Shown: positions 11,012 through 19,595 of the stretch, in pieces
Position numbering within the stretch: position 1 is the first letter of the stretch
Layout: every line of letters begins with the position of its first letter
Origin: a virus
Taxonomy: Duplodnaviria > Heunggongvirae > Uroviricota > Caudoviricetes
Strand: one strand, 5' to 3'
Length of the DNA stretch: 47,598 nt
IMG/VR virus record: IMGVR_UViG_651053021_000003
The notes under the pieces: model-generated
Database searches by the model: none
Told to the model about the DNA's origin: nothing
Seen by the model: the letters and a program-made list of their open reading frames with translations, nothing else
Made by a program: the position numbers and the translations under genes

Positions 11012-11659
11012 TCAGCGACCAATCACCACGATTTCACCACCATCCCCTTCGTCTGCCGTGCTGATTTCCTGCGAAATTACCCGTGACCCCACACGCATTT
11101 CACCGTACAGAACAGGCAGAACATTGCCCTGGGCAACCATGTTATCCAGTGATGAGAAATACGTGTTCTGCTTACCGTTATCCGTGCTTGTCGTTGTTGC
11201 GGTACTGGCTTTCGGTGCCAGCATCTGTGCCACACCGCCCAGGATCATACTGGCCCCTGCCGCATACATGCCCGATACAGCCGCGGCACCCAGCCAGCCC
11301 ACAGGGTTCCACCATGCCACCGCAATCAGCGCCGCCCCCAGCACCACCTGAAACACACCGCCACTTTTAGCTCCCGCCAGACGCGGCACGATGTGGATCA
11401 CGGCACCATTTGCCAGCGGCTCATTAAGACGGGCAGATAATTCGGTTTCACCTGCATCACGCCCGGCAATGCGCACCTGATACCAGCCGTCATTCAGTTT
11501 CTGACGAAACGCCGGGAGCTGTGTGGACAACGCCCGGATGGCTTCAGCCCCCGTTTTTACACGAAGGTCGATGCGGCGGCCAAATCGTTGTAAATCCCCG
11601 TAAAGGCAGATGCGTGCCATGCCCGGTGACGCCAGAGGGAGTGTGTGCGTCGCTGCCAT
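11012..11659 (-). CDS. I: Tail assembly protein I
   Basis: Near-identical to recalled lambda gpI (MAATHTLPLASPGMARICLYGDLQRFGRRIDLRV...). Confidence 0.9.
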   Translation of the reverse strand: MAATHTLPLASPGMARICLYGDLQRFGRRIDLRVKTGAEAIRALSTQLPAFRQKLNDGWYQVRIAGRDAGETELSARLNEPLANGAVIHIVPRLAGAKSGGVFQVVLGAALIAVAWWNPVGWLGAAAVSGMYAAGASMILGGVAQMLAPKASTATTTSTDNGKQNTYFSSLDNMVAQGNVLPVLYGEMRVGSRVISQEISTADEGDGGEIVVIGR

Positions 11660-12300
11660 TTGTCGGTATACCTCTCTCGTTTGCTCAGTTGTTCAGGAAT
11701 ATGGTGCAACAGCTCACCGTCGCCGCAGTAAATGGTGGCATGATTCGGCACCGATGAACCAAAACAGCACAGCAGCACATCGCCCGGCTGCGCCGCTGAC
11801 AACGGCACCTGATACAGCCCTGTGGCCTCCAGATTATCCAGATAGAGATTCTGGCCGTTACGCCACCAGTCATCCTCACGATGAAAGTCCGGCATCTCAA
11901 TCCCCGCCAGATGATAAGCATCCCGGAACAGCGTGTAACAGTCCGTCACCCCGTGCTCAAAGCGCCGCCCGGTAAGATGCGGCACACAGCGGAATTTATG
12001 AATCTCACCCCGGCAGACCAGCCACCAAGGCAAATCGCTATGCACCTGCAGCCGCCTGTCAGCCTCACTCAGCCAGGGCAGACCACCGGGGTGGCTGTGG
12101 ACCAGCGCCACAATCTCACCCTGCATCTCTGCCCGCAGCCAGTCCTCCGGCGACATCCGGAAATACGCCTCCGGCTCACCGGAGATATTCACGCAGGGAA
12201 AATATCTTTCCCCTTCCGGCGTTCTCACCACGAAGCCGCACGACTCCGCTGGCGCACATCGCCGGGCGTGCGCCAGAATCGCTGATTCTGTCTGTGTCAT
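11557..12300 (-). CDS. K: Tail assembly protein K (MPN/JAB plus NlpC/P60 domains)
   Basis: MTQTESAILAHARRCAPAESCGFV... and HSHP motif; start set at internal ATG matching lambda K; 3' end overlaps I as in lambda. Confidence 0.9.
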   Translation of the reverse strand: MTQTESAILAHARRCAPAESCGFVVRTPEGERYFPCVNISGEPEAYFRMSPEDWLRAEMQGEIVALVHSHPGGLPWLSEADRRLQVHSDLPWWLVCRGEIHKFRCVPHLTGRRFEHGVTDCYTLFRDAYHLAGIEMPDFHREDDWWRNGQNLYLDNLEATGLYQVPLSAAQPGDVLLCCFGSSVPNHATIYCGDGELLHHIPEQLSKRERYTDKWQRRTHSLWRHRAWHASAFTGIYNDLAAASTFV

Positions 12301-12304
12301 GGGA

Positions 12305-13003
12305 TTACTGCGAAAGTTTGTTAATGGAAAGGAAGCCGCCAAAGTTGCCGACGTTATTGCGAAACTTACAGCCGCTCAGGCATTTGCTGCATTTATCCTT
12401 CGTGATATCGGACGTCGGCTGGTCATATTCATCCGCGACAGCCGGACCATGATAACCGCACTCATCACCGCGATAGGTCCAGGTGCAGGTGTTGGCCAGC
12501 ATGATGCGCCCCGGAAAAACAGCACCATCCGTTTCCGTCGGTGTGGAGAGCACAAAGGAGGCACTGACCGCACTCAGTTCGCTGCACTGCTCGATGCGCC
12601 AGCGGCTGATCACCTCCTGCTCCGGATCGGCGTCGCTGTTTCCGTTGACGAAGTTCACCGCATCCAGAAAACGGGCGTAAACCTTACGCCTGACCACCGT
12701 TCCGCCGACCAGACTCTGCAGGTCTTCCGCCATCCCGGTGACCATGCCGTGCAGGTTAGAGACCGTCAGTGTCGGACGGGCAGCACTGCCCTTACCGTTC
12801 AGTTCAAATCCCGTCCCCTGAATGGGGTATGCCTGATACTGCCGCCCCTGCCAGGTGACCGACTCACCTTTTTCGTTCTGCTCATTACAGAAAAAATAAC
12901 GTTCACCACCGACCTCTGTCAGATCGATTTCCCAGAGCACCACCTGGGCTGACTGAGTAAGGCGTGTCGTCTCATGATGTGTTTCCTGTGGAATATCCTG
13001 CAT
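12305..13003 (-). CDS. L: Minor tail protein L
   Basis: 232 aa, matches lambda gpL (C-terminal Cys cluster). Confidence 0.9.
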   Translation of the reverse strand: MQDIPQETHHETTRLTQSAQVVLWEIDLTEVGGERYFFCNEQNEKGESVTWQGRQYQAYPIQGTGFELNGKGSAARPTLTVSNLHGMVTGMAEDLQSLVGGTVVRRKVYARFLDAVNFVNGNSDADPEQEVISRWRIEQCSELSAVSASFVLSTPTETDGAVFPGRIMLANTCTWTYRGDECGYHGPAVADEYDQPTSDITKDKCSKCLSGCKFRNNVGNFGGFLSINKLSQ

Positions 13004-13012
13004 CAGGGCCTC

Positions 13013-13342
13013 CTATGCCACGACCTGTTCAAAATCTGCCGTTATGGTTACCCACAACGCCCCCACGCTTGCCGACCATTTACGACAAACCACCCTGATC
13101 GGCTTCCAGTCATAAGGTGGCGTCCACTGAAATGCGCGGACGCCACCGTGCCGTTCCAGAAAGGCTTTTAAAGATGGGTGTTCACATTTACGAACACGTA
13201 TCGTCACGCTGTAAGTCGACAGCTGGTTATTCAGTCCCGCCGCACGACGCTGTTCATAACCATCGCCCAGCTTCACTGTCACCACTTTCGGCTCTGATAC
13301 CACATTCATATCCGGGCGCACTTTCCAGTGAAACGTCTCCAT
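13013..13342 (-). CDS. M: Minor tail protein M
   Basis: 109 aa, matches lambda gpM. Confidence 0.9.
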   Translation of the reverse strand: METFHWKVRPDMNVVSEPKVVTVKLGDGYEQRRAAGLNNQLSTYSVTIRVRKCEHPSLKAFLERHGGVRAFQWTPPYDWKPIRVVCRKWSASVGALWVTITADFEQVVA

Positions 13343-16300
13343 TACCGATATGCTCCACTTAACCGACCACCATCACGGGCCTGCTGTTGCATAAAGTCCG
13401 CTGCCGCTTTTTTCCCAAGGTCATAAACCACCTTCAGGGCAGCCGGACCTATCTGCCCGTTCGTGCCATCGTTATTGATCTCGATGTTGTACTGCGGGGC
13501 AAACATCGCCATACCTGAACCACCAATATCCGCCACAACCCCCAGCTTACCGTCAGCACCACGACGCAGTGGCAGAATGGCTTCAGGTCCAGCTTCCCCC
13601 ATCACACCCGCGCCTTTTGCAAAAGCAAAAAACGTCGGACGGTTAACCACCGTGCCACTGTAACAACTCAAATCAGCAGACTGATAAATCCCCCCATTGG
13701 CATTCAGGGAAAGGCTGCTGAGATCAAATCCCAGTACACTGCCAATCCCTTTTATCGATTTCATCATGGTTGCCTGCGCCAGGATTTTCGCCATATCTGA
13801 CAGCACAGAAGAGGTGAAGGATTTGAAATTGAGTTTGCCGGTAGTGACAAAAGTTGCCAGGCCATTTCCCATGTTGCTGAAGGCTGACGAGAACACCTGT
13901 TCTGCTGTTCCTGCCGTATTATCTGCATCCACGGTAAAATCCTGAAATGCACGCAGGACTCCGTTTTTCCAGTTACCCTGCACAACTTCAAGCTGTTGCC
14001 AGTAACGGCGATTCTCATTCAGTTGTCGGTTCAGGCTCTCCGTCAGCGCCTGCTCGGCCTTTCTGTAGTCATCCGTGTTATATGTCCCTTTCTGCTCACT
14101 ATCCCGCCTCAACTGCTCCAGCTGTTGCTGGTATTTCTGACGAAGACTCAGTTGTACCTGATATCGCTGCCGCTGCTGATCACCCATACCCACCGTGGCG
14201 ATATCCAGATTATGTTGTTGACGCTGAGCACGCTCTTCTTCAGCCAGTTGACTGGTCAGATGAATTGTTTTTTTCTTCAGCTCGTTGAGTGCCGTCTGTT
14301 TCTGAAGCTCCTGCTGTTTTACATCCAGCAGCGTCAGTGCCTGAATCAGTTCATCTTTACGGGCCAGCACACTCTTTTCATCTTCCGTCAGTTTTTTCCC
14401 GTCCAGGTCGCTGATGCGCTGCTGCAGAGCCAGAAGCTGTTTATGCGCTTCTGTCATCCTTTCCGTGGCAATGCCTGCTGACTGTCTGGCAGCAGCAATC
14501 TGTCCTTCCACCTGTGCCTGTTGCTGACTGTACTGCAGCAATAACCGGGTGGCCTCATCATTACGGGTTTCGCGTGTTTTTTTCTTACCGGATGCCAGGG
14601 CTTTCTCGTAACGTTCATTTTCACGTTGTATCGCCGCATCCCTGACAGTCTGATCGGCGTACTGCATGGCATTAATACGCGCAATTTCACGCTGATGTCG
14701 TGCTGCTTCCATTTCATTCATCCGGTTCAGTGCAGCATTTTCAGCATTACGGCGTTTCTGTTGCTCCTGATAATTCCGCTCTGCCTGCTCTTTTGCATCC
14801 TGCAAATCCTTCTGGCGTTTTTTTTCCTGAAGCTCGTTAAGACGCTGCTGATCGTACTCAACCTGAGAAGATGATGCCGTCCAGGGGAGTCTTTTCGCCC
14901 GCGACACTTTCTCCTGTAAAGCGGAAATCTGTTCATCCAGCGAGTCTTCACGACCAATATTCATGGCCGCATCCCAGAAACGACTCCATAAATCAGACAG
15001 ATACTTCAGCGTACTGCCCAGCGCATTGAGGTTATTATCAATATCCGCAGTACGCCGACCGGTTTCCTCTGCCAGTGCAGACATGGCTATCCGTGCCGCA
15101 TCACTGGACCGCCCCTGTTCCCCAAGGACGCGTATCTGCTCAAGCTGAGTGGCAGTAAGAAAATGCAGCTCATTGTCCAGAGCCTTCGCGGCATTTACAG
15201 GATCATCCTTCAGCCGCTTAAACTGACTTATGGTATCGCTGACCGACTGGCCAACCGATCGCTCCATCTGTGCGGCAGCTCTCGCCACCATACCGATATC
15301 GTTTCCACGAAATGCACCACTCCCCACCACCTGAGCCAGCGCACCGGCTGCAGCATGTTGCGTGATACCATTCCCGGAAATAGCACGACTGAGCGTCCAC
15401 AGCTGCCCGGCAGTGACTCCGGCATAATGCCCCGTCAGCGACAGCTGGCGGTTAAATTCTTCCCCCTCCTTCTGACCGTCATACCAGGCTTTACCCAGAC
15501 CATAGACAGCTGCGGCAATACCGCCAATAACCCCGCCCAGCATCATGCCTTTCGGTGACATCAGTGTGTCTATCCATCCGGCACGGTTAGCCAGCGTTAT
15601 CCCGGATCCCCTCAGCGCCCCTAAATTGCCGCGGGCCAGTTCACCTATCAGAACGCCTATCTCCTGGCGGGCCGCTGCACTTTTCAGACCCAGCGAATGC
15701 GTGGCTTTTCCTGCCCGCTCCATTTTGCGGATATACACTTCTGCAGCACTGCTTACCCCCAGCTGGGCAGCCCTGGCACGAAGCAACTCAGAAGAAGAAA
15801 GATTCTGGCGGGTTGCCTGCTCTTTAAGCTGACGGATAAACGCCACTTTCTGTCGGGTAGCCTCTTCCTCAGCCTGTGTAAGAACACGGGTTTTCGCCGT
15901 AACCTCAGAAATCAGCGCCAGATAATCCTGCTGACCAATCCCGCCACTGTTTCTGGCCTGTCGGATCTGCTGCTGAATACGCTGTAATTCCTGCAGCCCC
16001 GCACTGGCCTGTTTCACACTGTCAATCTGACGATAAAACGCAGCAGCCGCTTTATCCTGAGCCTCCGCCAGAGCCATGGCCTGCGCCTGTTCCTCGCGCA
16101 TTTTCTGGCTCAGTGCCTCCATGCGCTGGCGGGTTTTCTCCACCTCGCGGGCCATGCGTTCATGAGCCTGTGCGTTCTTCTCCACCGTCTGCGCATGGAC
16201 GGATGCGGCTGTTGCAGCCGAAGAAGCCGCCTGCGTTGTCTGCCGGGCGGCCTGAGTCTGACGCTCCATAAAACGCTGCATACGGGCAGAAGACCGTTCT

Positions 16301-16407
16301 GCATCGCTGGCTGCACCATTCAGAAGGTTTTTGATACGGGGAATTTCATTTTTAAACTCTGCCGCATCAATCCCCAAATCAATGACCAGGTTGGCTATCT
16401 GGTCCAT
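13342..16407 (-). CDS. H: Tail tape measure protein H
   Basis: Long coiled-coil-rich ORF; C-terminus INNDGTNGQIGPAALKVVYD...DGG matches lambda gpH; start set at ATG 16407 (MDQIANLVIDL) with GGAGG upstream. Confidence 0.9.
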   Translation of the reverse strand: MDQIANLVIDLGIDAAEFKNEIPRIKNLLNGAASDAERSSARMQRFMERQTQAARQTTQAASSAATAASVHAQTVEKNAQAHERMAREVEKTRQRMEALSQKMREEQAQAMALAEAQDKAAAAFYRQIDSVKQASAGLQELQRIQQQIRQARNSGGIGQQDYLALISEVTAKTRVLTQAEEEATRQKVAFIRQLKEQATRQNLSSSELLRARAAQLGVSSAAEVYIRKMERAGKATHSLGLKSAAARQEIGVLIGELARGNLGALRGSGITLANRAGWIDTLMSPKGMMLGGVIGGIAAAVYGLGKAWYDGQKEGEEFNRQLSLTGHYAGVTAGQLWTLSRAISGNGITQHAAAGALAQVVGSGAFRGNDIGMVARAAAQMERSVGQSVSDTISQFKRLKDDPVNAAKALDNELHFLTATQLEQIRVLGEQGRSSDAARIAMSALAEETGRRTADIDNNLNALGSTLKYLSDLWSRFWDAAMNIGREDSLDEQISALQEKVSRAKRLPWTASSSQVEYDQQRLNELQEKKRQKDLQDAKEQAERNYQEQQKRRNAENAALNRMNEMEAARHQREIARINAMQYADQTVRDAAIQRENERYEKALASGKKKTRETRNDEATRLLLQYSQQQAQVEGQIAAARQSAGIATERMTEAHKQLLALQQRISDLDGKKLTEDEKSVLARKDELIQALTLLDVKQQELQKQTALNELKKKTIHLTSQLAEEERAQRQQHNLDIATVGMGDQQRQRYQVQLSLRQKYQQQLEQLRRDSEQKGTYNTDDYRKAEQALTESLNRQLNENRRYWQQLEVVQGNWKNGVLRAFQDFTVDADNTAGTAEQVFSSAFSNMGNGLATFVTTGKLNFKSFTSSVLSDMAKILAQATMMKSIKGIGSVLGFDLSSLSLNANGGIYQSADLSCYSGTVVNRPTFFAFAKGAGVMGEAGPEAILPLRRGADGKLGVVADIGGSGMAMFAPQYNIEINNDGTNGQIGPAALKVVYDLGKKAAADFMQQQARDGGRLSGAYR

Positions 16408-17106
16408 AACGCACACCTCCGGAAATACCTTCCCCAAGATGCATCAGTTCTTCGTCCGTTCGCTCCGGTATCCCGTTCTCTTCCGGTAAAAGGCTGAAAT
16501 CAGCCACCGCAGCATCACTGCTGCCGGACACCATTCTCACGATCAATGCCTTCAGCGAGGCAAACTGCGCATCCATCCACACATCACTGAAGCTCTGCAT
16601 CCGGAAATAATCGCCCCACTCACCAAGCTCAGTGGCCGACATTTCCGACAGCATCCGCCGCCAGTCTGCCCGCCGGAACTCCCGGGCAAGCCGCATGACA
16701 AACTGCATTTCCCGCGTCAGGACTTTTCCGGCGTCAGCGCCTCATGCTCATCATCCCCGGCATTATCAATGGCCCCCATACCGCTCAGCGACAGAACCAT
16801 CTCCGCCCCCGCACCCAGGGCATCATACGACCATGTTGTAATAACGGATGCGCAAAGCGTCTCTACATCCTTAGACTGATCCGCATTCCACAGTGAGCGG
16901 GAAACCAGCCAGGCATTGATATCCATCCCCATCCGCAGAAAAGCAATCTGTCGTTCAGCCTCCGGCAGTTCTCCCTCACCGGCATCAAACTTTGCCGTTC
17001 GCTGCTGAACAAACGCCAGATATTCAATTCTCTGCAGCCCGGACAGCTCACTGAGCACCACGGACTGTTTTTCATAATTAAACGTGCCCTGTTTCAGAAA
17101 CATCAT
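16379..17106 (-). CDS. Tail assembly chaperone G-T fusion produced by programmed -1 frameshift (T segment 16379..16708)
   Basis: T-like ORF is in the -1 frame and opens within the last ~8 codons of G, the classic G/GT arrangement. Confidence 0.7.
16717..17106 (-). CDS. G: Tail assembly chaperone G
   Basis: MMFLKQGTFNYEK... resembles lambda gpG; sits between V and T. Confidence 0.8.
   Translation of the reverse strand: MMFLKQGTFNYEKQSVVLSELSGLQRIEYLAFVQQRTAKFDAGEGELPEAERQIAFLRMGMDINAWLVSRSLWNADQSKDVETLCASVITTWSYDALGAGAEMVLSLSGMGAIDNAGDDEHEALTPEKS
16723..16729 (-). promoter_or_regulatory. Candidate -1 ribosomal slippery site (G GAA AAG) for G-T fusion
   Basis: Only heptamer with a lysine AAG codon inside the short G/T overlap; non-canonical versus lambda G GGA AAG. 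Confidence 0.45.
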
Positions 17107-17118
17107 GTTCTCCACCTG

Positions 17119-17143
17119 CAAAAAAGCCCCGGATAACCGGGGC
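17119..17143 (-). terminator. Rho-independent terminator-like hairpin downstream of major tail gene V
   Basis: GCCCCGG-ataa-CCGGGGC stem followed on the minus strand by a T-run, just before the G start. Confidence 0.55.
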
Positions 17144-17163
17144 AAATGATGAGTATCGTCCTG

Positions 17164-17907
17164 TTAACCTGCGGCGCTGACAGTCACCGCAGCCACAGCC
17201 ACAAAATTCCCGTCAGCGGTCATGCCCACAATGCTGACACTGCCCTGCTTCACGCCTTTCACCGTGGCTACAAGCCCGTTCAGGGTCACCGTGGCAGTCT
17301 GTGGATCTGACGAATGCACACTGATCGCTTTGTCACTGGCTCCGTCAGGTTTTACTGTAAAGGTCAGCGTGGTGGTTGCTCCCACTTTTACACTGGCAGA
17401 TGCCGGTGCCACCGTCAGCCCGGTAACGCTCACTGTTTCAGTGCCTTCCTCTGCCAGATACGGACGCCCCACACCGCTGATTTTCACAGTGCGGGTCATC
17501 ACGTCTTTTGAGGCAATGGTTTTACCCAGTGAACTCAGCCAGCCACGGAAAACATCAACAGTACCGTTGGGATATTTGATACGAAACGCGCAGACTTCAC
17601 CGGAGTCGAACAACTGAACCAGTTTTTTCTGCCCGCTGTCACCCGGACGCCAGGCCAGCGTCGCCGAAGTATCACCGACTGATTTCTGCCCCTGGGTTGT
17701 CGTTTTCCAGTCTGCATCTTCATCATCGAGATAAGTGTCATCTTCTGCATCAGCGGTCATTTCGCCAGGTTGCAGATCCTTCACCATCGCAAGACGCAGC
17801 CAGTCAGTGTCCGACAAAGGATTCGCAAACGCATCGCCGTTGCCGGTATACATCCAGAACGTCGTCCCCGCACCTTTCGTCTTTGCCAGTGGATTTGGTG
17901 TGGTCAT
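17164..17907 (-). CDS. V: Major tail tube protein V with C-terminal Ig-like domain
   Basis: Matches lambda gpV (KGAGTT, LDDEDADW, FRGW motifs); ATG 17907 preceded by AAGGAGGT. Confidence 0.9.
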   Translation of the reverse strand: MTTPNPLAKTKGAGTTFWMYTGNGDAFANPLSDTDWLRLAMVKDLQPGEMTADAEDDTYLDDEDADWKTTTQGQKSVGDTSATLAWRPGDSGQKKLVQLFDSGEVCAFRIKYPNGTVDVFRGWLSSLGKTIASKDVMTRTVKISGVGRPYLAEEGTETVSVTGLTVAPASASVKVGATTTLTFTVKPDGASDKAISVHSSDPQTATVTLNGLVATVKGVKQGSVSIVGMTADGNFVAVAAVTVSAAG

Positions 17908-17917
17908 TACCACCTCC

Positions 17918-18319
17918 TTAATTCGTGTACGTGATCTGGTACGTGATTTCCGCCATCGCCCAGGTGGCCATCTCATTATCACGTTGATAGTTAAAACCGA
18001 GTGGGATCAGGGTGTCGATGAGTCCGGAAAGTGCCGGTATATCATTCAGGGCAGGAAAAATGGTGCTCTCCATCCACATATCCAGCTCTGAATCCGGTGC
18101 CTGTGCCCGGATGAAGACGGCAATATGCAGAACAGCCTGCCAGTCATCTTCATCCGTCATTTTTCCGGTGTACTGAGCATCACTCAGCCACACCGCCACG
18201 GCAGGCAGTTCCTGCGCATCAATAAATGCCGGAAGCCCGTCAAAAAACGTGGCGCTGTCTCCACACTGTTCCCGAAGGCGTGCCAGTACGACCTGGCGGA
18301 TTTGTGTATGTCGGTTCAT
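17918..18319 (-). CDS. U: Tail tube terminator protein U
   Basis: ATFFDG, PAVAVWL and ELDMWMES motifs as in lambda gpU. Confidence 0.85.
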   Translation of the reverse strand: MNRHTQIRQVVLARLREQCGDSATFFDGLPAFIDAQELPAVAVWLSDAQYTGKMTDEDDWQAVLHIAVFIRAQAPDSELDMWMESTIFPALNDIPALSGLIDTLIPLGFNYQRDNEMATWAMAEITYQITYTN

Positions 18320-18906
18320 CGGGTCAGCCATAATCTCAGTTGTTGTTTCAGTGCATACCCCAGCTGTTTCGGCATTTCCGCAGCAATGATGCGGTCGCGG
18401 GCATCTTCAAATGCCTGTGTCAGCGGTCCGGACAGCGGGATTTTCACTACCTCCACAGGAAGACGATTTTTTCTTGGCCTGCCCTGATGGTCATGCCCTG
18501 TTGCAAAACGCGCTTCAGGAAGACGCCTCAGAACATGCCAGCGGCCATTCGCCAGTTGCTGAACAAATGCCCCCCGGAAAAAGTATTTTCCCACTCTCAG
18601 TCCTTCACCAGCACGCCGCCGTGTTGTGTTCAGTTTGATGGCGGGCAGATTGCCCCGGTTAACGCGGATCCTGGCCGTCATTTTTCCTGACGGACTGGCT
18701 TTAAACACCCGGACACGCTGACGTACCAGTTTCAGGGGGATCCCTTTCACCTGGTTATCTCCCGCAACGGTATTCCCGGCAACCTGCCGGGTGGCAACCG
18801 AGACCGCTTTCTGTGCCACACGGTTTATCGCCCATGCGCTGGCCTGTGGCACCATACGGGTATCAAGGCTGTTCAGATTGCGGATGGCATTCTCAAGCCC
18901 CTTCAT
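18316..18906 (-). CDS. Z: Tail completion protein Z
   Basis: Similar in size, position and N-terminus (MKGLENA...) to lambda gpZ. Confidence 0.8.
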   Translation of the reverse strand: MKGLENAIRNLNSLDTRMVPQASAWAINRVAQKAVSVATRQVAGNTVAGDNQVKGIPLKLVRQRVRVFKASPSGKMTARIRVNRGNLPAIKLNTTRRRAGEGLRVGKYFFRGAFVQQLANGRWHVLRRLPEARFATGHDHQGRPRKNRLPVEVVKIPLSGPLTQAFEDARDRIIAAEMPKQLGYALKQQLRLWLTR

Positions 18907-18917
18907 CCCACACCTCT

Positions 18918-19193
18918 TTACTCAATAAAGATCATTGGCTTACCGTTAAAGCGTTCATGCCGTGTGACCGTCCATTGTTGTCCGTCATAAACAACGCGAT
19001 CCCCGCGCCGTGGGCGGTATCCCGAAGAAAACACCACCAGAGAGACCGCAGGTCCGGACAGAGCATTCAGCTCTGCCAGTGTTTCTCCCGGGATCACGGT
19101 CATATCGACATCATTAATCGAGGCTGTCTTTCCCATCTTTCTGACCGTGATAGCATCCATACGCGCTGCCAGCCGGGAAAAGGGATCAGACAT
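18918..19193 (-). CDS. Head-tail joining protein (FII-like)
   Basis: Small ORF in the FII position upstream of Z; weak similarity only. Confidence 0.5.
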   Translation of the reverse strand: MSDPFSRLAARMDAITVRKMGKTASINDVDMTVIPGETLAELNALSGPAVSLVVFSSGYRPRRGDRVVYDGQQWTVTRHERFNGKPMIFIE

Positions 19194-19509
19194 TGAGTTT
19201 TACCGGCACCTCTTCTGCACTGGTTCCGGCATCTGCCCAGACAACCCCGACCAGCGGATCAGAGCCGCTGTTAGTCAGCTGAACTTTTCCGGACTTCAGA
19301 TAAACCTTCTTACCCGTTTTCATGTCATCCGTTTTCAGCTTAGGCAGCATAAACACACCTTCGGTCAGGCCGTCGCCTGTTTCACCCTGTGGAATATCGG
19401 TCAGCGCCACCGCAAAAACATCACCCACCTGCACCAGATCTCCGCTGCTGATGGCTGCACTGGCAACAATCGCCACCGTTTTTCCTTCTTCTACAAAATT
19501 CTTTGCCAT
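19186..19509 (-). CDS. Putative head completion / capsid accessory protein (107 aa)
   Basis: ORF between capsid and FII-like gene; ATG 19509 preceded by GGAGA. Confidence 0.4.
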   Translation of the reverse strand: MAKNFVEEGKTVAIVASAAISSGDLVQVGDVFAVALTDIPQGETGDGLTEGVFMLPKLKTDDMKTGKKVYLKSGKVQLTNSGSDPLVGVVWADAGTSAEEVPVKLNV

Positions 19510-19552
19510 AACTGTCTCCGCACAGCCCCGTTCAGGGGCTGATTTCAGGTAC

Positions 19553-19571
19553 AAAAAAAGCCCTTACGGGC
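19553..19571 (-). terminator. Terminator-like hairpin immediately after major capsid gene
   Basis: GCCCGTAAGGGC stem followed by a T7 run on the minus strand. Confidence 0.5.
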
Positions 19572-19595
19572 CATCAGAGTTGTTGTCTGCGACGT

